Below are positions 37,768 through 50,690 of a stretch of DNA of 64,000 nt, one piece after another. Source of the DNA: Octopus sinensis (Eukaryota). Position 1 is the first letter of the stretch. Each line of letters starts with the position of its first letter. Under the pieces are notes generated by a model that was not told where the DNA came from, searched no databases, and saw only the letters and a program-made list of their open reading frames with translations. Location: assembly GCF_006345805.1 (NCBI RefSeq), contig NC_043001.1:101370001-101434000 (forward strand). Reading direction: 5' to 3'. The position numbers and the translations under genes were made by a program.

Positions 37768-39269
37768 ATTAATAAACATTAATGGCAGCTTGTATAGTGG
37801 TATGTCTGGTGATGCTATTGAAGATTGTGTGTGGGTATGTGGATAATGGCATGTGGCATAGGTGCTGAGAGGTGGTCGATGCTAGTGTGTATGTGGAGTG
37901 GGAAGGTGTTTGTGAGTGTGTGTATGTGTGTAATGGTGTGTGAAGTGAGTAATGAGTTAAACAGTGTGTATGGGTGTTTGTATAGTGGTGTGTATGTGTG
38001 TGTGTGGTGAGGGTGCTGAGGTAGGCAGTATGCAGGTGTGTAGGTGGAAAGGGAAAGCTGGATGTGGGAGGTGTGTGGGAATCCATGTGGGGGTTGGTGT
38101 CAGATGAAGTGAGGTAGTGAGTTGAGTCCATATTGTGCAAAGGAATGAAGAAAGAAGCTTAATTCGGGTCCACATGAAAAATACTGAGGAAAGGTTGAAA
38201 ATGCATTAATTAAAAGTTTCTTTTATATATATATATATTTTGTGTAATTAAAATAAATTTAACTTTTTTGCAACTGTGGAGAATAATTTTATTCTATGTG
38301 TTTATATGTATGTCAAATAAAAATATCAAGATACCTTTTCACAGAATAAATGTTCATAGTTCAACTGAAATTATATTCATAATGTGAGTTTGACATATAT
38401 AATTTATATAGCTATATATAATAAGAATGACAAATATGGAAGGAAGCAAGGAAAACATGGAGAGTCACATGTTGTTTCAAGCCATATTTGTAGAAGGTTT
38501 CAGTATATACATATTTGAACTCAGAACGTAATGACAGACGAAATATCACTAAGCATTTCGCCCAGTGTGCTAACGTTTCTGCCAGCTCGCCACCTTATCG
38601 AACCTATGGATATTGACACACCAGGGTAGCAGATCAAATCCTCTCAAGAATTTCATTGGATCTAACTAAATGCAACATGGAATTCAGTCGGATGTACGAT
38701 CAATTTTGCCTCTCCTCTTCTCTTGCAAATTGAACAAAAAGAATGAAAATAATAAAACAAAAAGAATGAAAATAATAAACAAAATTATGGTAATGCAAAT
38801 TTAATTGTTAAACAATTTGTTTTATCAAAGAAAGTTGGCTGTCATAAACTGGGTGTGATGGGTTAACAAAAGCTAATTCTCCACTTTCTTTCTCCTGTAA
38901 AACTTCTCTAATTATATAAAATGAAATCCCAGATTTTGTTGCTCTGCAATTTCATGTCATCTTGCTTCTATGAAGATCTTTATCAACAATTTACAGCATA
39001 TGATTTTTACAGAAGATAGTTGTGATTCTTTTTGCAAAAGATAGCGGTGGTGGTGGTGGTGGTGGCAAGTGTTGTTTTTGATGTTAAGGTAGCAGTAGTA
39101 GTGGTAGTGGTTGTTTTTATGTGGAATTAGTGTGTTACACCGTTGGTAATTAATGTGTGTCTGGGGAGGCATGTGTGTGTGGGGGGGAAGTGAATGAGGT
39201 AACAAAGTGATACGATGCATGTTACATAGTGTGGATGTGGAGTGGCATGGCGGGAAAGGGTAGCTGTTA

Positions 39270-39735
39270 ATGTTCATGTGTGTGTGTATGTATGTGTATG
39301 CGTATGTGTATGCATATGTATGTGGTGTATGTATGGGTATGTATGTGGTGTATGTGTATGTGTATGCATATGTATGTGGTGTATGTAGTGAATGTATGTG
39401 TATGTATGTGGTATATGTATGTGTATGTATGTGGTGTATGTATGTGTATGTGTATGCATATGTATGTGGTGTATGTATGTGCTTGTATGTGTATGTGTAT
39501 GTGTATGTATGCATATGTATGTGTGTATTTGTGTGGTATAGTGTGTATGTATGTGTATCTGCATGTGTGTAATATGATGTGTGCATGTAGCATGATGTGT
39601 GTGTGTGTATTTGTGTATGTGTGTAGTGTAATGTATGTGTATGTGTGTGTATGTGTGCATGTATGTGCATATGTATGTATGCATGTGTGTGAGGATGAAA
39701 TACAAGAGATAGAAAGAGAGAGAGAGAGAGAGCAA
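39270..39735. repeat. Degenerate (TG/TATG)n tract followed by (GA)n
   Basis: Direct reading; source of the 237-aa His/Thr ORF. Confidence 0.9.
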
Positions 39736-40073
39736 GAGGGAGTGAGAGATGGAGAACAGTAGTTCGTTGTAAAGCAAACCAATTATCCAGACGTTTAAGT
39801 TCCAGAAATACAAACCTTATAAAACAGATTTCTTTCCATCAATATTTTGATCAAACTTGAATAACAAAGGGAGGCATTTGTTGGATGCTTCACATTTTCT
39901 AGAATCACTTTCCATTGGAGTTGATTTTAGTATTTCATATTTTTAGTCCCATTTTAATAACAATCTGTAAACTACTGAAGTTTCCTAACTAAATCAACTT
40001 CAGTCCAACTCTACAACCTGAGCAACTTTCAACTTGTCAGTTGTTGCACTAATTTATAATTGTATTTAATTAA

Positions 40074-40292
40074 CCCTTTCGTTACTGTATTTCTGTTGAG
40101 ATGCTCTCTGTTTCTTCAATTACTTTAAATATAACAGAGAATTTAGTTAAATAACTTAGTTATCATTAAGCTAGTGTTAGGAACATAAATTGTGACTAAG
40201 GTATGGTGGAAGATTTTAATTCAAAACCTATGAAAACAAGACATTTGTACTGAGAGCCAGAGCTGGTTTCAGTCAGGTTGGTAACAAAAGGG
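40074..40292. mobile_element. piggyBac-type MITE
   Basis: TTAA|CCCTTTCGTTACT ... GGTAACAAAAGGG|TTAG. 13-bp TIR with 11/13 match; TTAA target site, the right copy mutated. Confidence 0.75.
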
Positions 40293-40782
40293 TTAGGAAA
40301 AATTATTATGAAAGAGACAGGAACTGAGTTGATAAAATTCCAGGTCGTTAAGATTTTACACTACAGACTCATGGTTCATGAGTTCAAATCTACTACTGGT
40401 ACTTCTGTGCAGAATAATTTTGTATATTGCCAAAGTTCATCCAGGTGATAAGAATTGGTGCAGATTTGATCAATCTGTTTCTGATTTTAGTAATTGTTCA
40501 TCGATTATTTTATTCTTCTTTGCTATTCTGAGTTCTGAATTTGTGCTGTAGATACAGCGAAACGCTCTTAACAAGGCATCACCAATCCTGCAATTCTTTG
40601 TCGGTGCACAGCCACTGTAGCTGCCCATAGCTCTCTGCTATGTGTGAATTCAAGATTTAAAAAAAAACAGTATGTCTGTTTGCATGCAGACAGAATGAAC
40701 AGAAAGAAACTATTTAATTCATTTGTCTATCCCTGGTTGTTTTATATGCCACCCTTTCATCAAGTCAACAACTGATATCTAT

Positions 40783-41190
40783 ATATGAGATCTGATTAAA
40801 ATGCATGAGGGCTTCTGCCATTAACAAGAAAACTACAACACACATCAATTTGGCATTCAATCTCTTTGGAACTAAACCAATTCTAAAGCTATACACTTTA
40901 TCCAGCATTGTTTCCTTTGATGGAAGCATTCCTGGAATTCTTTTTTTGGGAAAGTGAGCAGCTGCCTTGTCACATTCTCTTCACTTTCCTCATCTTGAAA
41001 TCTTGTTCCTTTTGAGTAGGATTTGATTTCTGCCTTAGTTTTGTGGTCATAGCCATAGACCCACGATTCATCACCTGTATGAGCCTTTCCAAAAATTCTG
41101 TCTTCCTTGACACAATGAAGGAGATCCTGGGCAGCTGAAATCTGATCTTTTTTCAGATGACCGCACTTGACACACTCTACTTCCAAGCAC
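40783..41190 (-). pseudogene. Internally deleted mariner transposase fragment
   Basis: TGDESWVYGYD (first catalytic D motif) joined directly to the C-terminal KGTRF...ENVTRQLLTFPKKEFQECFHQRKQCWIKCIA. Confidence 0.85.
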
Positions 41191-43879
41191 TGCTACAAAC
41201 AATGGAAATGAGAGAGAACATTATTATTTAGTGTGCATATGTGACCGAGTTCTAGGTCAATCTGTGCCAAGGGACTTCACCTTGTGTATCTTAACCCTGT
41301 TATCCTTGTAACAGCTTTGATACTTTTTGATCAAACCCCATATTGTGTGATTGAACAAATTGTCTTTGACTCAACAGTGACTGCTTAGGAGAACAGTCAC
41401 CAAACTTGTTAATTGACCCTCAAGGCAAATTGTGGCAGGTATTCCATATTTTCATTCTATGGTATATTTGAGATCCATTCTTCTCAATTATATAACTCAT
41501 GTAAACATAAAATCATAGCACCGATTACCTGTTAAGTTTGGTGCTTATTCTACTTGTGTCTGCATTGTCATTAAAACCACTTCCACCCTTCAGTGTTGGA
41601 TCAATCTTCAAATTTCATTATTAAATCCATTTCTTCTACCAAAAGTATCCATGCCTGGAGGCATGTAATGACAACTTGTAAATATCCAGAAATTTGACTA
41701 TGCCCTTTGTGAATCATATATACGAAATAAATTTTAAGTTTACTTTTGCAGTGAGAGGAATTGTGAGGTGAAATTGCTAGAGACTGTCACCATTTCTTGA
41801 TATGAACATTACACATATCTCCGTTATATCTCCATTACATTTTGTATCAAGTTCTACAACAGGTAATGTTCATCCACTACATAACATTCCCTCATACGTG
41901 CTAAACTCACACAACATTATTATATATAAATGTGTGTGCATGTGTGTGCATGTGTGTGTATGTATATGTATAAATACTCCCACATGTATGTATGTGCATG
42001 CATGCTAAGTGTTTAAAAGCTTGTTGCGAGATATGCAGTGTATCATTTTAATGATGAAAACCTTTACTAAGCCGCCTACAGAAAAAAATATAATTTTTAA
42101 CATTACGTCTAAAATTTCTTCCTGAAGATTGCATGTTCTCTCACAAAAGTGCTTTGATTATGAAATATTGGAAAACATGTAGAGCTTATATTCAATAACC
42201 TTTCTTAGAACATTTCATGTCTGCAAGCTAAAATTCTTTGCTTATATCACCAAATTTGGTTTCTTTTTTTATTATAATTTTTCATTTCTTGTTTAACTTC
42301 CTTTTAACCCATTACACAAAAGACTGCTTGTTAAAAAATATTATCAATGATGATAATGATAATGATATAAATGATAATAATGAGAATAATAATGATATGA
42401 TAACAATAGCCATGTCCAAGAAGAAAATTGAAATAAAGAATCTTAAGAAATACAATTTCTTTTTCAACTATTCAAGAAAACTATTAATAAAATATCAAAA
42501 AAATATTAATGAACACCAGAAAAATTATTTCTTTTCAAATGTAAAAAGTAAGGAAATTATTTGAGGTTTATGGTTGGAAGGTAGAAAAATAAAATAAAGA
42601 TTTGTCTAAATATTTTTTGCCAACAGTAACAGAAATATTTTGCTAAAAAGAAAAATTCTATTTCAGCAAACAACTGGATTGGCTAGAATACATAGCAATT
42701 CTATAAGATTTATGCAAAATATACCGAAGTGTTAAAAACCGGAATTTCTTCTATGCTGGCACTGTCTCGATTTTCATTTCGTTGTCTTTTATTTACAAAT
42801 AATTTCCTGTTGAGAAATCTTCAATTTTCTCCTGGTTATTTATCATGTACCAATTAGTCGTATGGAAGTGGAATTATATAGCAACAATTATCCCAGAATG
42901 TTTAGAAGGAAATTGACTGAATTTGAAGACAAGATTAAACTGGGAAGTGAAAAATGTATACTAGAAACATATGCAATCACTATTTTACAAGGATCTTTTA
43001 AGAGTCAAGAAGGAATCTTTTCTTAATGGCGTTAAGCAAAGGAGAGAGAAAACTTTTGGATAGGGATGCTACCTACTCTAGGTTGACATCTGGGTCATCT
43101 GTAGCTGGTATGCATCTTTTTTTGTTTGGGCCAGACAAGAGACAATTGGTTGATAGAAACTATTTTAAATTTAAGGTGTTATGAGATAGCATTTTGGTGC
43201 TCTACCCATTTCACTGTTGTGCTACCATCAAGAACAAGAGGCTCTTTCATCATAGGTTGCCTGTCACATATGGCAGGACATAATCTGGGCAGTGATGATG
43301 ATGGCTTTAAAAGTATAATTTTTAAACAATATATTTGTTTGCACAGATTGTAAGCTCTAATAATGTTAACTAACCATTACTTGAAACCTTCTTGTTATCC
43401 ATTTCTTGTGGCTACCATTTTTAGATGAGGGACAGCTGTTGTTGAATGGTTATACAAATGATATTTCCGTTCCATTGCTAATACTGGGAAGTATGCACTT
43501 TCTCTGCCTCTCAATCTCGTGCTTTTCTTCTCTCTCTCTTTCTTTTTTTTACACTCTTTGCTTTTCTATCTCTCCATCTTTCTCTTTTTCTTATTCATTG
43601 GTAAACTATTTCATTTATTTAAAAATGCAATCTCATGCGTGTAATGCCATGTTACACACGTGTACAAGAAGATAATCTCTTTGATTTCGTTATCACTTTC
43701 TAACTCCTTGATTGACGTAAATATGCTGCTTTTCTTCCAGCACCATCTTGAACTCAATCAACTTTGGGTACTGCAAGTCTCTACATCATATTTTACAATC
43801 CATAATAGAGGGATGCTTATAATTTGCTGTTGCCATTTAGCCCCAGGTCAGTCCTGATCCATCAGACCTATGATCAGAA

Positions 43880-46020
43880 CAATCAATACTTAACTGTCTT
43901 AGCATCCTGTATCGAAGACTGCATTATCTTATGTGCCTTTCTTTCTTTTAATATACTAGGAAGGGAATTTAGAGAAATTTGGTTGTTATTTCTAGCAGAG
44001 CAGGCAATACATACCAGATTATGGCCTTTGGAACTTGGTAAACCAAAAAGTATTAACTCTCTACAAGTATCAATCAGAACCAAATTCTTCTTTATGATCC
44101 AGCAAGACAGGCAACCAAATTCCTCAATGCCAACACACTTCTGATGTCACAGTTTTGCAGATTAGAATTTACACAATACATCTCTATCTTCTCCCCTTCC
44201 CAGCTACTTGTCTGGATATGTCAATATTGTGTCTTGGAGGAATAAGTTCAGACGTGGATTCATACATGTTACAATTTACATTCTGATATGCAGCTGCGTA
44301 GTCATTCTTTGCCATGAGAGTGGAATTGTTTTTGGTATTCTACTAATGCCAGCCAGCTTGGTATTTTTATATTCTGGTTGAAAGTTTGTTAAGAAAGGTC
44401 AATGTGACAACCTATCATAAAAGTTCTGAGTTTTTCTAACCTGAAGTCATTCTCTTGTCATAGTTTCAGCAATACCAAAATTAATTCTGCATAGTTTGAA
44501 TGTAATGCAGGATAAGGAATTGTTTTGTATTCTTGCCTCACAGCATTCTGGTTGAATTCTTCAGATTTTCGTCCAGTATAAACCCATACCTTCATCAGAA
44601 GTTGCTTCTGTGACTTTCAATGGCCATTTCCCCAAAACTCAGTTGAATGCTGAGTGAAGGACACCATGTTTATTTATTCTGATGTTTATTGTTTTTGATC
44701 ACATGTATGTATGTATATATGTAGGTAGGTAGGTAGGTAGGTATGTATGCATGCATGTATATATGCATGTATGTATGTATGTATGCATGTATGCATGTAT
44801 GCATGTATGTATGCATGTATGTATATATGCATGTATGTATGTATGCATGCATGCATGTATGTATGTATGTATGCATGAATGTATATATGCATGTATGTAT
44901 GTATGTATGTATGTATATATGCATGTATGCATGCATGTATGTATGTATGTATGTATGTATGCATGTATGTATGTGTGTATGTATGTATGTATGCATGCAT
45001 GTATTTATGTATACACATGACTATAGACAGCATGTATACATGTTCTCTTCTATTCTGAATTCTTTGAATTCTTCCTCAATAGAAGGAACCAGTTTTCTAA
45101 CAAAGATTCAAAGCTTCATCATTGATATGTCGATAACCAAAACAACGTCACATTATAAACCTGAGAAAAGTCTTGCATATTTTTATTGTTCTATTTAGAT
45201 TTTTGTTTAACATCTTTTTTCCGAAAATCCCAGCTATCCCTAATTGTCCCTTAAACATTTACTGTCACAATCGATTGTACAATGAACTGTTATTTGTGTA
45301 AATATGAGTTTATAACTTTGGTAAAGAAGCTAAAGGTTTCAGAACAGTTACCCTCTTCCTCCTAAATTTTCAAATTCACATCAACAAAGCAGCTGACCTC
45401 TGTGATGGTTACGTTTTCTCATCTGGCCAGTTACGTTTGCACTTGGCAAAAGTTTCGATGGCAACATTTCACCAAAATTCCTCGTGTTGATTCAATAACA
45501 GGAAGATTCTCAATACTTTTATCCCAGGAAAGTCTTTTTCAGAGGAAACATGTTGCCGTATTAAGATGTAGTACTTTAACAACATTTTTGGGGCAGCTGC
45601 TAATCACGTGTGTGATGTCTTCCAAAGAAATGTGACTTAATTATTATTTTCAGTTGTGTCTTGGAGTACCAAGGGCTTCACCACCACTTTAGTCCATTAG
45701 GTATTTGGTAGTAATTTCAAGTTTTGGGATTCCACTTTTGCCAAATGCAGAATCTTCAGCTACCCTGAGTAGGAAATGGATTCATATGCTTTCCTCTAAT
45801 CAAGTCATATTCTCACAAGGTTTTCTTTCTTTGTATAGCACAGCATTGTTTATCAAAAGTTGCTAGGCCCATTCCCTCACTTGCTTCTTTCCACCTGCCT
45901 ATTCATCAATCACTATATATTGTCAGACTCACTACAATGCCAGAGGAATTGGTTGAGGCAGCTTGTATAGAGCTTGTGCATAATGTTTAAACAAACAGTA
46001 AGCCCATAGTTTCCTGCCAA
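43880..46020 (-). pseudogene. Decayed non-LTR retrotransposon RT (R4/Dong-like), split by a (TATG/CATG)n tract at 44703-45005
   Basis: MHKLYTSCLNQFL, DE*AGGKKQV, QLLINNAVL and LD*RKAYESISYSG*LKILHLAKV at ~45730-45985. Weaker FGIAETMTRE and PRHNIDI..AGKG downstream; linking that part to the same element is tentative. Confidence 0.6.
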
Positions 46021-46339
46021 CTCAGCCGTTTCATTCTTGACTACAATATTCACCCATACTCTAGCAAACTAATTTGGAATGTCTATCTGACCTTCCATAG
46101 TTCTTTTAAATATGCATATTAAGGATTTTCTATATAATGTCAGCCTCTGGTACCAATATCCAACTGTTAAGTCTTTTCCAGGTGTCTTCCTATTTGCAGG
46201 AAAAACAGCACCATGATGCAATTCACTCTGCCAGAAATTTGGAAACAACATGTTGTACTGCTTGGCATTGACGCTAGAAGCTCCAACATGAACATTTTAG
46301 AGTGTTTGGGTGTCGTCAATCTGAGGACATGTACCGAGA

Positions 46340-46830
46340 GTGATAAAAATCAAACAGTCAACATCATGTGGTGTTTGGAGTGATCACCAGTGACAATGAT
46401 GTTATACGTTGATTCATCTTCCCACATGGCCTCAGACTCAACATGGAGACCTACATCAAGTGCCTGGATGAGGTAGTGCTGTCCTGGTTGAAGAGGGGTC
46501 CTCTGGAAGACCCTATATCTGGCAGCAGGCCTCTGCACCATGCCACACAAGCAGGAGTACCCAGTCATGACTGTCAGACAATTTCTGTGATCACATCACC
46601 CTTATCATGTGGCTACCTAACTCCCCAGACTGCAACCCCTATGATTATTGTGTGTAGGGTGCAGCTGAATGAGAGACCAACAAAACTCCCTGTAACACCA
46701 AAGATGAACTGAAGGCAAAGCTTATGGCCGCATTCATCAGCTTAAATGAGGAGACCATCCAGAAGAGTTGCAGGAGATTCTGACGTCATCAGGAGACCAG
46801 AGTTAAAGCTGCTCTTTAATATTTCAAGAT
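46340..46830 (+). pseudogene. DD37D (maT-type) Tc1/mariner transposase remnant
   Basis: FGVITSD, HGLRLNMETYIKCLDEVVL, WQQASAPCHTSRSTQS*LSDNFCDHITLIMWLPNSPDCNPYD. There are 37 residues between the mutated second D position and the last D. Confidence 0.85.
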
Positions 46831-47097
46831 ATTTTTATGTAATTTTGGTAAATATTTCTGTTAAAATGAGATGTCAGTGTTATTTTTATTTTTGCTTAGC
46901 TTAGATGACATTTATTTCGCAGCACCCTGTACATGTGTATATGTGTGTGTGTGTGTGTGTGTATATATTTATATATATGTAAATGTATGTATATGTATAT
47001 ATATATATATATATATATTTATATACATACATGCAAATATATATGTATATTTATGTATATATATATATATATATGTGTGTATATTATGTATATATGC

Positions 47098-47218
47098 AGG
47101 TGCAGGTGTAACTTTGTGGTAAAAAGTCTGCTTTCCAACCACATGGTTCCAGGTTCAGTCCCACAGCATGGAACCTTGGGCAAATGTCTACTATAGCCAT
47201 GGTCTGACTAAAGCCTTA
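47098..47218 (+). mobile_element. Main SINE 5' half embedded in (TA)n tracts
   Basis: CAGGTGTAACTTTGTGGT...GGTTCAGTCCCAC...CTTGGGCAAATGTCTACTATAGCC. Confidence 0.8.
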
Positions 47219-47227
47219 TATATATAC

Positions 47228-47271
<44 letters not shown>

Positions 47272-48304
47272 TATATATATATGGTGAGAGAGAGAGATGG
47301 AGAGAGAAGGGAGGAGAGAGAATGAGAAATACAGATATCTACATAAATACTTAAATGGAAGAATGGGTGTGTTTCATTGCCGCTAATTAGCCTTCATAAA
47401 AACAAAGCTGACCCCAAAAGAAAAACTGATAAGAATGTTATGTTTATTACTCAATGTAACCATGGTAACCAAACGAAAAACAAAAAGAAGATAATTAAAA
47501 AGAAGTACAATGGCAAGAATGACAACGGAAAGAAGAAAGAAACAAATTTACTTTGTGTCATAATGAATGAAAAAAAAAAGAAGGAAAAAGCCAACAGCAA
47601 AAGCAAAAAGAAAAAAGCTAAATTAAATCGACTAATTAGGGTTACCAAGACAAAGTAAGATCAAAATTCTTCCAAACTACTGAAAGAGATGTGTGTGTGT
47701 GTGTTGATATGCAAAAATATTTGTTTATGTATATATGCATACATACAAACATACACATAATGATGATGATAGTAGTAGTAGTAGTAGCAGGAGGAGGAGG
47801 AGGAGGAGGAGGGGAGGAGGAGGAACTCATAACAAAACAATGATGACAACAGCAACAATAATATTTCCTTTATTAGCCACAAGGGCTCACAGAGATACGA
47901 AAGAATGAAACTTTCACCTAAAATTACAAGGAAAGAACAGAAAATGTTAACTCTAAACAAAAAAAAAACCCATTTACAAATTATGAAGAGAGGAGTTGAG
48001 AGATGTTATACAGTAAATGGACAATATATATTCTTTAAAGGAATATACACAGACCTGTATGTATACATGCACACATACAGGAATTACAACTGTGTTTTGT
48101 GGTCTGCTACCACAACAGCTCCTTTATAGGATCCTGTTAGCTCAAGACATCATCAGGAGGAACCATGTTCGGCTTCAGCCCCTACTCCTCTACCGTTTTG
48201 ATGTGGCAACCCTCCCCTTTCGTGTCTTCAGCTCTGGTGTTGGGTGCATGTCTTCTTTCTTCTGTTCCCTGGCCTCTTCGGTGTAGCATCAATGAGTGTT
48301 AGCG

Positions 48305-48425
48305 GGCGACTGACTAACTTGTCAAATTTTTTCCCTTTAAATACCTGCCGCTAGGCTCTAGCAAGCAGCCCCAGCAAGTTGTCACGTGACACTGTCTCAA
48401 CTCTAACTGACCAATGAAGGCGGGT
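48305..48425 (-). promoter_or_regulatory. Candidate Pol II core promoter
   Basis: In minus-strand order: GC box (48419-48424), CCAAT (48411-48415), palindromic E-box GTCACGTGAC (48381-48390), TATTTAAA (48343-48336), and Inr-like TTAGT/TCAGT 28-32 nt downstream. Locally richer in GC and CpG. Confidence 0.45.
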
Positions 48426-48742
48426 AAAAGTTTTTATTTTCCATTCCCTTTGAAATTGCTCTTAAATGTGGTTTTGGACCTTTTGCCTGCTCCTTCTAGC
48501 ATGTAAGACTGCCTGTTACCTCTTTTGTGTTTAAATGTACTCTTATGCATATATACCCACAGATACAATACGTAATGTGGTTAAAAACAGAATACTAAAA
48601 TCATTGTAACCAAAATTAAACTTAAGCAATATGGCTATCCTTCATCTCGTTCTCTTTCAAGTTACTCTACTACACTTGTTATCCTAGTGAGAGGTGTCTG
48701 GAGTTCCTGCACCATAAACTCACATCATATATATACATACAT

Positions 48743-49160
48743 AAAATATGGGGGTTTAGTTCACAGCTGATCTAAATGACCAGGTATACTGGGTAAGTGC
48801 TGTAATGGATTACCGGGGCTCCAAGCTCATAGCCAAGATGGGAGTTATGGAACCATTGTAGATTTCCAATATAGCGAATATATAATTGTTAAAGAGGACA
48901 ACTAATGTCAAGGCAAGACAAACAGCTTTACGCTTCTTTTTTCATCTTTTTCTTCATTTCTTTATTCCTTTTCTCCAGTCCTCTATGTCATCGCTTCATT
49001 AATCTGCACCCTTCACATTTTCCCTATTTGTCTCCAATGATGGAATATCCCATACTTTTGGATATCCCAGAAACATCTGTAAGACTTTATATTTTTCCAA
49101 TAATAATAATGTATATGACCTGAGATGCTTGTCTTGCCTTAGCACTTGTCCTCTCTAACA

Positions 49161-49165
<5 letters not shown>
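48743..49165. mobile_element. Non-autonomous PLE, same family as 7492-8149, with a shorter inverted arm
   Basis: 48743-48885 matches 7492-7630; ~47-bp inverted arm; then a plus-strand pLTR with hammerhead motif; (TA)n on the right. Confidence 0.8.
49030..49085 (+). ncRNA. Degenerate minimal hammerhead
   Basis: GTCT-CCAATGA-TGGAATATCCCATACTTTTGGATATCCCA-GAAAC-ATCT-GTA-AGAC. Confidence 0.6.
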
Positions 49166-49234
<69 letters not shown>

Positions 49235-49299
49235 TATATAAATGGCGGTGCCCCAGCATGACCACAGCTAGTGAGCTGAAACTAGATAAATAAATAAAA

Positions 49300-49535
49300 A
49301 GAAAGAAAAATATAAAGTTAATCCCAACATGAAAACACATAGAGAAAACAGAACAACGCGAGGACATGGAACAAGTATAGTGTTATAGGATGCTCAGGAA
49401 AGGAAAGAAAGAAGGAGGATTTAACGTTTTGAGTGGAGCTCTTTGTCAGAAACATAGGAAAAGGAAAGATCCAAGGAAGGGAAGACAGAGAAAAAAAATC
49501 GCCAACGATACACACGCTATCACATATTGAATCAT
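49300..49535 (-). mobile_element. Second PLE-type short element with a decayed hammerhead (49419-49453)
   Basis: Minus strand: GTTT-CTGACAA-AGAGCTCCACTC-AAAACGTT-AAAT. Both core changes are explained by CpG decay of CTGACGA and CGAAAC. (TA)n flank. Confidence 0.6.
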
Positions 49536-49782
49536 ATATATATATATATATATAGATATATATATATACGTTTATGAATTTGTGTTGCAAGACTCCTGAT
49601 GGGAAACTGTGTGTTGAAAGAGATATTGTTGTAGAAGAACAGAATGGACTAAGCAGAGCAGAAGCAAAGACAAGGACATAAAGCGTCACTAAAGGGGTCA
49701 CAGATGTGTGATGAAAGATTTTCGGACAATGGACATGAGTTAAAATAAGAACAGTAATAAACAATTAAAGAACAGATATATA

Positions 49783-50189
49783 GGCGCAGGAGTGGCTGTG
49801 TGGTAAGTAGCTTGCTAACCAACCACATGGCTCCGGGTTCAGTCCCACTGCGTGGCATCTTGGGCAAGTGTCTTCTGCTATAGCCCCGGGCCGACCAATG
49901 CCTTGTGAGTGGATTTGGTAGACGGAAACTGAAAGAAGCCTGTCGTATATATGTATATATATATATGTATGTGTGTGTTTGTGTGTCTGTGTTTGTCCCC
50001 CTACCATTGCTTGACAACCGATGCTGGTGTGTTTACGTCCCCGTCACTTAGCGGTTCGGCAAAAGAGACCGATAGAATAAGTACTGGGCTTACAAAGAAT
50101 AAGTCCTGGGGTTGATTTGCCCGACTAAAGGCGGTGCTCCAGCATGGCCGCAGTCAAATGACTGAAACAAGTAAAAGAGTAAAAGAGTA
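49783..50189 (+). mobile_element. Full-length young main SINE
   Basis: tRNA-like head (TGGCTGTGTGG, GGTTCAGTCCC), CORE-like CTTGGGCAAGTGTCTT, internal (TA)(TG), Nin-like AATAAGTCCTGGGGTTGATTTG, and tail (AAGTAAAAGAGT). CpGs retained. Confidence 0.9.
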
Positions 50190-50329
50190 ATAGTACATGT
50201 GTTCATTTGGTAAAAATGTGAACATATATAACAATGTATATATACAAATCTTTTATCCTTTCTCTTTTACTGCTTTCAGCCCAGGGCTGAGGTCATGCCG
50301 GTGCACTACCTGTAGTTACTCAGTGTTGT

Positions 50330-50690
50330 TTCCAGCATTGTTTTTGGTGAAGTAGCAAGTTAGACGGAGCTACTCTTTTTTACATCTTCTTCTGTGATGT
50401 GGGTTCATCTGGTATCTCAGACAGAAACCTATCCAGAATTTCCTTGAAAACTTCCGCATCAACATCGTGTAGATCTCTAAGGTTGCCTGGAAGGATGTTG
50501 AATAATTGCAGGCCCTTAAAACCCAGATTGTTGCAGTACTATGTCCTTATTTTAGGTGGGGAAGACAGATTTTTGGTATGATGCAATGCCATCCATTCGA
50601 GGACTGGTATAGATGTCAATTCCAAAATTGGGAGTGAAACCCTCCAAGATCTTCCAAGTATATATCACCACCGATCTCTCTCATCTTCTC
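50330..50690 (-). pseudogene. CR1/L2-group LINE 3' end
   Basis: VIYTWKILEGFTPNFGI and GFKGLQLFNILPGNLRDLHDVDAEVFKEILDRFLSEIPDEP match the recalled CR1-type ORF2 C-terminus (FKxxLDxFLxxIPDxP). Confidence 0.8.

Noticed and set aside
38957-39813. Long His/Thr/Tyr ORFs
   Set aside because: Degenerate TG/TATG tract.
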